The notes under the pieces: generated by a model | Database searches by the model: none | What the model saw: only the letters and a program-made list of their open reading frames with translations | What the model was told of the DNA's origin: nothing | Shown: piece by piece, positions 17,107-25,246 of the stretch | Layout: each line of letters opens with the position of its first letter | Position numbering within the stretch: position 1 is the first letter of the stretch | Source of the DNA: Candidatus Hermodarchaeota archaeon | GTDB lineage: Archaea; Asgardarchaeota; Thorarchaeia; Thorarchaeales; Thorarchaeaceae | NCBI GenBank assembly: GCA_048885865.1 | Contig: JBHLLF010000009.1 | Span: 38,768 to 102,767, forward strand | DNA: 64,000 bases | Direction: 5' to 3' | Position numbers and translations under genes: made by a program

Positions 17107-18465
17107 TTGAAAACTGAAACAAAACAGGAAGAACAGCAACTCTTGATAGAAGCTGTCACTATCGATACTGAATCGACGCTTCTCACCACTGATGAGGTGT
17201 CAATGGACCTACAGATTGATACTGATAAGACGCACCAACTGAAGGATTTCATGAAGATACTAGGAGGTCAAGGATTCTCATTAGTTGGTAGTGCACTAGT
17301 TCAATTCTCACTAGTTTGGTGGTTGACCATAGCAACCGGGAGCGCAATAGTCCTAGCGATTGCCACAATCATGGCTTTGCTCCCTCAGATATTGATTAGT
17401 CCTTTCGCGGGAGTCCTGGTTGATAGGTGGGATCGTCGCAAGGTCTTGATCACTTCAGATGGCATAGCCGCTTTGATGATTGTGGTACTAGCATTTCTGT
17501 TTGCTCAAGGGTCTGCCAATATTTTCCATGTATATGGCATAATGGCGATACGTTCGGCAGTTGGAGTGTTTCAATGGCCAGCATTGCAGGCGTCAGTTTC
17601 ACTCATGGTACCCGATGAGCACCTATCTAGAATCAATGGACTGTATCAGTCTCTGTCCGGACTGGCTCAAATAGCAGCTCCTCCTCTGGGAGCGATGCTT
17701 TTATTGATCATGCCAATTCAGACGATATTGCTGATTGATATCGGCACTGCAGCTCTAGCAATCTTTCCATTGATGTTCATTAGGATTCCACAGCCAGACA
17801 GAGAACAATCAACACAGGAAAGCTCTTCCATTCTGACTGATATGATGCGAGGCGTGAGATTCCTTACACGATGGAGAGGTGGTCAATTCACGCTCGTTGC
17901 AATGATGATTACGAACCTGATTCTGATTCCTTCGATGTCATTAGTACCCATCTTAGCATTGGTTCACTTCAATGGAGGTGCATTTGAGTTAGCATGGCTT
18001 CAGTCAGCCCTGGGTGTGGGAATGCTGGTAGGTGGAATAGCATTGAGCGTTTGGGGCGGGTTCAAGCGTCGAATGGATACAGTGGTGGTAGCAATAGTCG
18101 CAATGGGCATAGCCATATTCGCGGTGGGAATGACTCCGAGCGGATTATTCTTTCTGGCTGTTGCGGGACTGTTCATAGCGGGAGTTATGGTTCCAATGGC
18201 CTCTGGGTCTATAATGGCTATTCTACAGACCATTGTTCCCAAGGAGATTCAGGGCCGGGTCTTCTCAGTTGTCATCAGTCTCTCACCATTGATGGCGCCT
18301 GTAGGTCTTGCAATAGCAGGCCCCATCGCTGAGGCGTTTGGAACGTCCATCTGGTATCTAATCAGTGGTGTTGTTATGATACTAATAGGAGTCGTAGGGC
18401 GTCTTGACACCACAATTATGGGAATGGAGGAGGCTGAAAACCTGCTCCCAGCCCCTCCATTGTGA
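17107..18465 (+). CDS. MFS efflux transporter (MefA/DHA3-like)
   Basis: GQGFSLVGSALVQFSLVWWLT, GVLVDRWDRRKV, QGRVFS; about 12 TM. Confidence 0.92.
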   Translation: MKTETKQEEQQLLIEAVTIDTESTLLTTDEVSMDLQIDTDKTHQLKDFMKILGGQGFSLVGSALVQFSLVWWLTIATGSAIVLAIATIMALLPQILISPFAGVLVDRWDRRKVLITSDGIAALMIVVLAFLFAQGSANIFHVYGIMAIRSAVGVFQWPALQASVSLMVPDEHLSRINGLYQSLSGLAQIAAPPLGAMLLLIMPIQTILLIDIGTAALAIFPLMFIRIPQPDREQSTQESSSILTDMMRGVRFLTRWRGGQFTLVAMMITNLILIPSMSLVPILALVHFNGGAFELAWLQSALGVGMLVGGIALSVWGGFKRRMDTVVVAIVAMGIAIFAVGMTPSGLFFLAVAGLFIAGVMVPMASGSIMAILQTIVPKEIQGRVFSVVISLSPLMAPVGLAIAGPIAEAFGTSIWYLISGVVMILIGVVGRLDTTIMGMEEAENLLPAPPL

Positions 18466-18487
18466 ATACCAAATGCGTCATGTAGAA

Positions 18488-18532
18488 CCCGGGGAGTGGC
18501 AGGCCAAACAACACTCCCCTGGGCCCCCTTTT
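18488..18532 (+). terminator. Hairpin plus T-tract
   Basis: CCCGGGGAGTG/CACTCCCCTGGG, then TTTT. Confidence 0.55.
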
Positions 18533-18640
18533 CTAGCGTTATTCAGTGACCAATGATGATTTGCATGATTCGTGAAGAGCATCCAGTGAGTCGGCGTTTA
18601 CCTTAAGGATTATAGTGTGCGAGCTGATTATCTATAGCAT

Positions 18641-18985
18641 GTGAACGACATGACCAAAGCTTCCTATCCAGATATCATCAAGAAACTCCCGAAAGTGAAA
18701 CACTCAATGGATGGCGTCGAGGGCTGGCTCGCTCAGGGGAAGGATTTCCAGATAGCATTCTTTGAGATTCAACCCACAGCAAAGGTGCCACCACACACCC
18801 ACGGAGCTCAGTTCGGAGTCGTAATGGAGGGCGAAATTACCCTAACAATAGGCGATGACACTCAAGTCTATGGCAAGGGTGACACCTATATCATTCCTGC
18901 AGGCGTCATTCACCATGCAGAGTGCAAGTCTGTTGTCCTTGTAATGGACTATTTTGATGATGCAGATAGATATGAAACCGAATAG
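18641..18985 (+). CDS. Cupin-domain protein
   Basis: PPHTHGAQFGVVMEG...IPAGVIHHA. Confidence 0.88.
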   Translation: MNDMTKASYPDIIKKLPKVKHSMDGVEGWLAQGKDFQIAFFEIQPTAKVPPHTHGAQFGVVMEGEITLTIGDDTQVYGKGDTYIIPAGVIHHAECKSVVLVMDYFDDADRYETE

Positions 18986-18989
18986 ATTC

Positions 18990-19244
18990 CTACTCCCTCC
19001 AAGCCTCATTCGAAAACTCGATTGCATGCAACACCTTCTGACCGAACTCGTTTGAATCGCATTCAAAAGTGTACATCACAAATCCATCATAAGCAAAGAA
19101 GTGCATTCTTCGCACATGATAGATGATCTTCGGCTGTGCAACTTGCACAAGCTCAAGGAACTCGTCCCGCTTAAACTTCACACGGTAAGAACTTGTATGT
19201 TGAGCGGCTGCCGCCGCAGCGGCTGCTCCACCTGCAAATGCCAT
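18990..19244 (-). CDS. Hypothetical protein with N-terminal poly-Ala
   Basis: Clean ORF with GGTG SD-like motif; fills the gap convergent to the cupin gene. Confidence 0.7.
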   Translation of the reverse strand: MAFAGGAAAAAAAAQHTSSYRVKFKRDEFLELVQVAQPKIIYHVRRMHFFAYDGFVMYTFECDSNEFGQKVLHAIEFSNEAWRE

Positions 19245-19357
19245 CTTATTGCACCTAATGGTATTCTGAGTTTCTTGATATCTAAACTTGGCTCTTGAAG
19301 CAGCTTATTGCTGTGAATTACACAGTGCTTATCTGATAGGGACCATACTGCCAAGCT

Positions 19358-20125
19358 ATGGCTCATCCAGGAGTAATGCGCGATTCTGAGGGACGAGTCC
19401 CTCATGTATACCTGAGAGAAGGTGATGTCGCGGAATATGTCTTGCTGCCTGGCCCTCCAGAGAGAGCAAGAGTGACAGCCTCAATGTTTGACAGTTCCAA
19501 AGAATTGGGATTCCATAGGGAATACCTCAGCTTCACCGGGGAGTATCAGGGCATTGAGGTCTCAGTGGTGTCCACGGGAATGGGAGTCTTCTCTGCGGTC
19601 GTCGCAGTTGAAGAACTCGCCGCCATTGGAGCTAATACATTCATTAGAATTGGGTCATGTGCGACGTATCAAGAGGAGATTCAACTTGGGGATAACATCA
19701 TAGCTACTGGGTGTATCAGGGACGAAGGGTGTACACTGGAATATGCACCATTGGCATTCCCGGCAATACCTGACCTATCTGTGATGACAGCACTCATAGA
19801 TTCAGCTAAGGAAGTCGGGGCCACGTATCATACGGGAGTTGTGCGAACCTGTGAGAACTTTTACTTGCGCGACCGGTCACCAGTCCTCAATGCACAATAT
19901 GCGAAACTGGGTGCTGTTGCTCTTGATATGGAGCTCTCTGCTATATTGATGGCTTCGATTGATTTGGGAAAAAGAGCTGGTGGCATTCTCACTGTGGGAT
20001 CCAACTTGGTCACGACTGAGAACCGGTATAAGGGGGACCGAATCACTGAGTTTGACGCCGGCGAGAAGAATATGATAAGAATAGCCTTAGAAACGGTAAG
20101 AAAATTGCACTCTCAAGACCACTGA
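19358..20125 (+). CDS. udp: Nucleoside (uridine-type) phosphorylase, PNP/UDP family
   Basis: LLPGPPERA, REY, STGMG, EEL...GANTFIRIGSC, DME. Confidence 0.85.
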   Translation: MAHPGVMRDSEGRVPHVYLREGDVAEYVLLPGPPERARVTASMFDSSKELGFHREYLSFTGEYQGIEVSVVSTGMGVFSAVVAVEELAAIGANTFIRIGSCATYQEEIQLGDNIIATGCIRDEGCTLEYAPLAFPAIPDLSVMTALIDSAKEVGATYHTGVVRTCENFYLRDRSPVLNAQYAKLGAVALDMELSAILMASIDLGKRAGGILTVGSNLVTTENRYKGDRITEFDAGEKNMIRIALETVRKLHSQDH

Positions 20126-20460
20126 TCCACCTCTAGACCTGTGCAGCTGCCCACAGCTTTATTCGTATTCAGAAGAACTCAACCGGACCAAAGAGGCGAA
20201 AATAGAAATGAAATACATTAGAAAACGAAAGGCTAGGAAAAAGCACTGGCAGTCACTCCCCCCATTCGAGTGGTATGCAGCAGCAGGACGATGAGTACTC
20301 ATTCACTCATCAATCTAGTTTCCCGAGGTCTTAATGAATTGACGCAGTTTCACTGACCTCGGTCCATACTTCTTCTCGAAAATTGGCATCCTTGCTACGG
20401 GCCTCTCCGACATCTTTAAGTGATTTGAAAATGCATCACCAAATCGCGAACACAAACGAT

Positions 20461-20580
20461 GCGGAGGTTGCCAAGCCTGGCCAAAGGCGCTAGGTTGAGG
20501 GCCTAGTTCAGTAGTGATTCGCGAGACTCCGGGTAATTCGTAGACCCGGGGCGCGTATTCAAATCTCGCCCTCCGCACCA
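20461..20580 (+). tRNA. tRNA-Leu(GAG) with 32-nt T-arm intron (20526-20557, position 53/54)
   Basis: Acceptor GCGGAGG/CCTCCGC; CTAGG-TTGAGGG-CCTAG; long variable arm; removing the intron restores GCGAG-TTCAAAT-CTCGC; CCA. Confidence 0.93.
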
Positions 20581-20612
20581 CCTTCTTCTTGATTCATTGA
20601 AATAGATTATTA

Positions 20613-20840
20613 CTATTCTTTGTCATCAATTCCAGGTAGATGACCCCCATAAAACCCGCCCATGCCCATGCCTTTAACCCCTCCCAAGTTTGAAGCTTGT
20701 GGTGCCGTATCTGAATACCTCGCTTGTGCAGAAGGAACACTAGTTTGCGAAGACTTGTTCCTTCTATCTTCTGGATAAAGCAAGAGAATGAGTGCGATAA
20801 TGATTACACCAGCGATAAGCCCAGTAAACCACAGATTCAA
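20613..20840 (-). CDS. Small single-TM hypothetical protein
   Basis: N-terminal hydrophobic helix and Gly-rich tail; lies between tRNA-Leu and its 3'-end copy. Confidence 0.6.
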   Translation of the reverse strand: MNLWFTGLIAGVIIIALILLLYPEDRRNKSSQTSVPSAQARYSDTAPQASNLGGVKGMGMGGFYGGHLPGIDDKE

Positions 20841-20903
20841 CTCAGTTAGCTTCCGTATTGATTTTGGTTTGAGTTGAGATAAACATTACCACGAACGAGA
20901 TAT

Positions 20904-20927
20904 TTCAAATCTCACCCTCCGCACCAC
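20904..20927 (+). repeat. Direct repeat of tRNA-Leu 3' exon (att-like copy 1)
   Basis: TTCAAATCTCACCCTCCGCACCAC versus 20558-20581 TTCAAATCTCGCCCTCCGCACCAC, 23/24 identical. Confidence 0.9.
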
Positions 20928-21005
20928 TTTTCCTATTCTCTTTGAGGACTAGCTATCTTCTTATTATCGGAATCAAACCGGAGTGTGTTTGAAAGGTGAT
21001 CTCAT

Positions 21006-21509
21006 TTGAATGAAGGGAATCACAAATTCAATGACAAACTTGTAATGACATATGCTCAATACTTCAAGGCAATGACAAGCCGGGCTGCAAGCATAATCAG
21101 GGCATTTGAATCCGCCTTTGGAAGGGAAGAAGTCCATCAAGTTCTCAAGGATTGGTCAGAGAACGCGGCGCGTAAAATGGCCCCAGACTCAATAGCTGAT
21201 TTTCAGAAGTTCAAAAACTACTGGAAGACTACATTAGAGTCTGAGAATTGGTCAAAGATTCTGACCTGCGAGTTTCTTGAAGAGTCCAATAGGAAGTTGG
21301 CGTGCAAGTATTCCGAATGCCTATGGGCGGAAACAATGAAGGATATGAATACTGAAGATATTGGTTACATTCTATTTTGCCACCCGGATTTTGAAATGGC
21401 AAAAGCAATGCATCCGAATCTAAGATTGGAGCGGTCTCGTACGCTTATGGAAGGGCATGAATTCTGTGATCACACATTCTATTGGGATGAGAAACCAACA
21501 CCTGATTAG
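21006..21509 (+). CDS. L-2-amino-thiazoline-4-carboxylate hydrolase-like (ATC_hydrolase) protein
   Basis: CLWAE...GYILFCHPDF...LRLERSRTLMEGHEFCD. Confidence 0.8.
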   Translation: MNEGNHKFNDKLVMTYAQYFKAMTSRAASIIRAFESAFGREEVHQVLKDWSENAARKMAPDSIADFQKFKNYWKTTLESENWSKILTCEFLEESNRKLACKYSECLWAETMKDMNTEDIGYILFCHPDFEMAKAMHPNLRLERSRTLMEGHEFCDHTFYWDEKPTPD

Positions 21510-21528
21510 TGGCTGTGTGCTTATATTA

Positions 21529-21551
21529 CGCCCTGCGAACCATCTGCTTCT
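21529..21551 (+). repeat. Degenerate repeat of tRNA-Leu 3' end plus trailer (att-like copy 2)
   Basis: CGCCCTGCGAACCATCTGCTTCT versus CGCCCTCCGCACCACCTTCTTCT, 19/23 gapless, intergenic. Confidence 0.55.
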
Positions 21552-21561
21552 AGGTGAGTTT

Positions 21562-22101
21562 TCACCTCACAAGCAGGATTGCGTATCTATTCATTGTCTG
21601 ATCATAGTCAGATAGAACCTCTATCGGATAACCCACAGCCCTCGCTGTTGAAAAGACATCTACAGCCATGGCTTCTGGTGGAGGTCTGGAAAGCCTCTTC
21701 TGCTTGCAGTCTTCTCTAGCGCTAACACATTCATCGCACAACGAACAGTTGTCTGCAGGGAGGATGAAAGCCTTGACTTCTCCTGAAAGAAACACCTCTC
21801 GCTCTAGCTTGAGAAGCTTCAGGTTTATTTCCTTCATTATTTCATGACGATCATCAGGATTGTCAAGTTCTATAGATAGGTGAAACAAGGCAATGTCATT
21901 ATATTCGTCAAATAGCTCCCTGCACTCGGATACTGATGGCGTGTTAGGAGGACATGCAGCGCATTGTCCATAGCTGGAGCATCCCCATGTGCATTTCATA
22001 CGCACCCATTGGGAAACAACGACTTCCTTGGGACCAATCCATTTGTAGTCATCGAATCCATGTTTCACAAACAGAGTTTCAAGATTCTTCAGACCGCTCA
22101 T
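21562..22101 (-). CDS. DUF2284 family Cys-rich metal-binding protein
   Basis: RMKCTWGCSSYGQCAACPP, CSLCDEC, RPPPEAMAVDVF. Confidence 0.85.
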   Translation of the reverse strand: MSGLKNLETLFVKHGFDDYKWIGPKEVVVSQWVRMKCTWGCSSYGQCAACPPNTPSVSECRELFDEYNDIALFHLSIELDNPDDRHEIMKEINLKLLKLEREVFLSGEVKAFILPADNCSLCDECVSAREDCKQKRLSRPPPEAMAVDVFSTARAVGYPIEVLSDYDQTMNRYAILLVR

Positions 22102-22227
22102 AGTCTATCATCCTGATGCAAATATTGGCTTGTTTTTAGATTTGCCTTTGAACGTAACCTTCGCTTTCTAGATTCCATGGGACTTTTCAGAAGGATTAGT
22201 TCTGCTAACAGATAGGAGGCTATTGTA

Positions 22228-22548
22228 ATGAGTCTGTATGATCAATTCAAAGAAGAGATGAGGGAGGTCTGCACTGAATATCACAACTTGCTCCGGCAAA
22301 AAGAAGCTCTTGAAGCCCAACTAGAAACGCTTCATGATTACATAGAAGCCACCATGAAGAAATACAAGCAGAATGAATACGATGAACCAGAAGTGCCTGT
22401 GAAGGTTGACAGAATCGAGTATATGACCGAGCGTATGAAGAGGGGTGGCAAGAAAAAGCTCAAGGAGATTCTGACAGAAAAGCAGTGGTCGGAAATTTAC
22501 ACAGAGAAGAAGGTTGTGAGCTATCGAATAACTCAGCGAGAAGAATGA
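22228..22548 (+). CDS. Hypothetical coiled-coil/basic protein
   Basis: Strong GGAGG SD; 106-aa ORF. Confidence 0.8.
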   Translation: MSLYDQFKEEMREVCTEYHNLLRQKEALEAQLETLHDYIEATMKKYKQNEYDEPEVPVKVDRIEYMTERMKRGGKKKLKEILTEKQWSEIYTEKKVVSYRITQREE

Positions 22549-22762
22549 GTCCTTTGTTTTGGACCCACCCATCACGGGGAGGCAAACCGCATGTTCAGGG
22601 TGGGTCCTTTGAGGGAGTTGTCGTCAGGAGCGTGATAGGGGGTTCCGAAGACAGAGGAACTCTCGCGCTTGGCGGGTCCGGATTGTCAAGGTGGGGAGCA
22701 AGAGAGGGCATAGGGACTCGGACTTTTTGAGAGGCCCAAGGGAACCCCCAGAGAGTCTTGCA
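22547..22762 (+). ncRNA. Candidate structured non-coding RNA / 3' element
   Basis: GC-rich intergenic region with several long stems; the G-U pairs favour the + strand. Confidence 0.45.
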
Positions 22763-22956
22763 CACTACTTACAATCATGAACCCTGTTGGGGAGATATAA
22801 GGCTGTAATGCGAATTGGGGACATTCAAGAATATGGTAATTGCGAAAAATTCGTCAAAATGAAATGGTTTTGAACGAGTAGTACATTCCACGGAGAAGAG
22901 GAATCTATAAAGGAGAACCAGTTTTTGATGAAATCAAACAGCAGGAGTGGGCAGCC

Positions 22957-23961
22957 ACGACAACTCCAAAGATAGGAATCATTGGTACAGGCAACATGGG
23001 AAGGATTCATGCCCGGGTTCTCAGCAATATTCGAGCTCTCTCGGCCGTGGCTGATACCGATATGAAGCAGGCTGAAGAAGTGGCCCAGATGTATGGCGTA
23101 GATGCCTTCAGTGACTTCGAGTCATTGATTGAGCACGCGGAGTTAGATGGCGTCATCATTTCCACTCCAACTGCAACACATGCCGAAATAGCTGAGAGTG
23201 TTGCCAAGAAACAGAATGGAATAAGAGGTATTCTGATTGAGAAACCACTAGCAAGCAACCTCAAGGATGCGCGAAAGCTTGCCGAACTCCTAAGGAAGAA
23301 GGACATCATTGTCTTAGTTGGACACTCTGAGATTTACAACCCGGTAGTTGAACGGGCATTGAACCTGATCAATGAAGGTGCCATTGGAGTCCCTCAGACG
23401 GTAATCCATGATAGGCGCGGATTTGTACAGGCAGAAAGATTGCCATCTCTCGGAGACGTGTTTGAAGACATTGGGGTTCATGATTTTGACATCATGACTC
23501 GGATAAGCAGTGGTAACGCTACTCTCTATGCTCAATGCCAGACCAAGAACGAGATTCTGAACACCGGAAATGTCACGGTGAGGTTCGAAAATGAGGCACA
23601 ACACATCTTCCATTTATCGAGGCAATATGTAGGCAGGAAAAGGAGCATGGATGTTTCTGGGACAAAGGGAACCCTGAACCTTGACCTCTTTGGACAGGTC
23701 ATTAAAGTTCAAGACCTCGATCAAGCGCCTCTGGCTGACAGCAGGACAATCCAGCTAATAGAACGTGGTGCTACAATCAAAGTGTATGGAGAACCCATTC
23801 TACAGGTGATAACTGACTTTCTACACTGCATAGAAACAGGTAGCTCACCCAAGGTTAATTTGGATGATGGAATTTTAGCCCTCGAAGTGGTTGAAGCAGC
23901 GAGAAAGAGTGCGGTCTCAGGGAAGGTCGTTGATATCAATATTCAGTCTCGACACATCTGA
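22957..23961 (+). CDS. Gfo/Idh/MocA-family oxidoreductase; apparent ACG start
   Basis: The Rossmann motif KIGIIGTGNMG begins upstream of the first ATG (22996). EKP and DIGVHDFD motifs present. Confidence 0.85.
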   Translation, partial: TTTPKIGIIGTGNMGRIHARVLSNIRALSAVADTDMKQAEEVAQMYGVDAFSDFESLIEHAELDGVIISTPTATHAEIAESVAKKQNGIRGILIEKPLASNLKDARKLAELLRKKDIIVLVGHSEIYNPVVERALNLINEGAIGVPQTVIHDRRGFVQAERLPSLGDVFEDIGVHDFDIMTRISSGNATLYAQCQTKNEILNTGNVTVRFENEAQHIFHLSRQYVGRKRSMDVSGTKGTLNLDLFGQVIKVQDLDQAPLADSRTIQLIERGATIKVYGEPILQVITDFLHCIETGSSPKVNLDDGILALEVVEAARKSAVSGKVVDINIQSRHI

Positions 23962-25238
23962 GCGAAGAGATGAGTTCGCTCAGAAGATGTGATTTCAACA
24001 TTGATGGTACTGCCCAGAGTGACTTCCTCAAGCAGTATGATTGGCTTATAGGCGAAGTTTCTACAGACGATACCACCTCTAGGACCGGCTTCAGTCGCAA
24101 TCACCTCTCCAGTCCAACCCACCCATGAGGCATTTAGATCAGTCACAAAATCCGATACAATGGAACTCAATTTCCGGCTTCTTTCCTTCTTGACTGAGGT
24201 ATCAACTTTGTTGTTAGCTCTTGAAGCCGCCGTGCCAGGACGGTCACCATACTTTGAGATGTTAACTACCTCAGGACGCAGCCGCTGCAACAGGTGGACA
24301 GTGTCTTCAAAATCGGAGGCCATTTCTCCCGGAAACCCCACGATGATGTCAGTCGCAATTGTGGCTCTGGGGATTCTTCCTCTGATTTTTGAAACGATTT
24401 CAGTCCATTCAGTAACTGTGTATTTTCGTCCCATCGCAGTGAGTAAACCATCGCTTCCTGTCTGGAGAGGCACATGAAAGAACTTGAAGAAATGTTCTGA
24501 CTCCATTACGGCGATTAGGTCATCTATTGTATCAAGGACTAGATTGGGATTGAACATACCTAGTCTGAATTTATGGTTTCCTTCAATCTGATCCAAGTTA
24601 TTGAGAAGTCCAACAAGCGTTTCACCGGTGTCATGTCCAAAGACTCCGGCATCCTGAGATGTCAGACGAATCTCTCCGTACCCGAGATGTACGCACCTCT
24701 CTACTACGGTATGAATCTCAGAAACACTATAGCTACGCACACTTCCCCTAGCGAATCGTACAGCACAATAGGCACAGCTTCCAAGGCATCCTTCACAGAT
24801 TGGTATTGTGCAAATCACACTGTCCGGGGGCCCCTCAAAGAATCTCAATTTTGATTCATAGTCTGACTCAAGATGGACAATTCCCCTCTCTCCCTTTAAC
24901 ACCCGATCGGCAACATTGCCGAGTGTCTCTAGTGACTGAGGGCCTAGAAGCGCTGCAAATGAGGGGATTGCTCGCTGGATTCGGTCTATAGAGATTCGAG
25001 GCAGACATCCTGCTACTATAACTGGAACAGGCTGGTTTCCGAGCTCTTCGAGGCGATGAATAATTCTGTCCTCTGTCGGTTCCTTTACACCGCACGTATT
25101 GAGAACGATGAGATTCGCCACCTCAATATTATGTGTCTGCTCTGCTCCTAGCCCATTAAGTCGGCTCACTATTAAATCTGAATCTGCTTTGTTGAGTGAA
25201 CAACCATATGTTTCCAAGTAAAAGGTAGTTTCGTCCAA
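23943..25238 (-). CDS. mtaB: tRNA t6A37 methylthiotransferase (archaeal/eukaryotic MtaB/CDKAL1 type)
   Basis: ETYGCSLN, NTCGVK, GCL, CLGSCAYC, TDIIVGFPGE, C-terminal TRAM. Confidence 0.88.
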   Translation of the reverse strand: MDETTFYLETYGCSLNKADSDLIVSRLNGLGAEQTHNIEVANLIVLNTCGVKEPTEDRIIHRLEELGNQPVPVIVAGCLPRISIDRIQRAIPSFAALLGPQSLETLGNVADRVLKGERGIVHLESDYESKLRFFEGPPDSVICTIPICEGCLGSCAYCAVRFARGSVRSYSVSEIHTVVERCVHLGYGEIRLTSQDAGVFGHDTGETLVGLLNNLDQIEGNHKFRLGMFNPNLVLDTIDDLIAVMESEHFFKFFHVPLQTGSDGLLTAMGRKYTVTEWTEIVSKIRGRIPRATIATDIIVGFPGEMASDFEDTVHLLQRLRPEVVNISKYGDRPGTAASRANNKVDTSVKKERSRKLSSIVSDFVTDLNASWVGWTGEVIATEAGPRGGIVCRNFAYKPIILLEEVTLGSTINVEITSSERTHLFAQMCRD

Positions 25239-25246
25239 GATTCAGA

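Noticed and set aside
18512-18532. CCCCTGGGCCCC as an att copy of the tRNA-Thr 3' end
   Set aside because: Low-complexity match, already explained as the 3' arm of a terminator-like hairpin.
20315-20581. 88-aa minus-strand ORF
   Set aside because: It is the antisense shadow of the intron-containing tRNA-Leu.
22135-22170. Possible third decayed tRNA-Leu 3' copy (TTTAGATTTGCC...ACCTTC)
   Set aside because: It needs gaps and many mismatches, so it is indistinguishable from chance by eye.
22580-22610. GGCAAACC resembling a c-di-GMP-I riboswitch
   Set aside because: The GNRA loop and the downstream GACGCAAAG element are missing.
22619-22627. CTGACGA on the minus strand as a hammerhead ribozyme core
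   Set aside because: No stem II followed by GAAA.
22685-22705. GGGAGCAA resembling SRP RNA helix 8, and GAGGAAC resembling RNase P
   Set aside because: No CCAGG-GNRA partner, and no GAGGAAAGUCC or AACAGAA conserved regions.
22485-22730. 81-aa Gly-rich plus-strand ORF
   Set aside because: It overlaps the upstream gene, has no SD, and its composition reflects the G-rich structured element.
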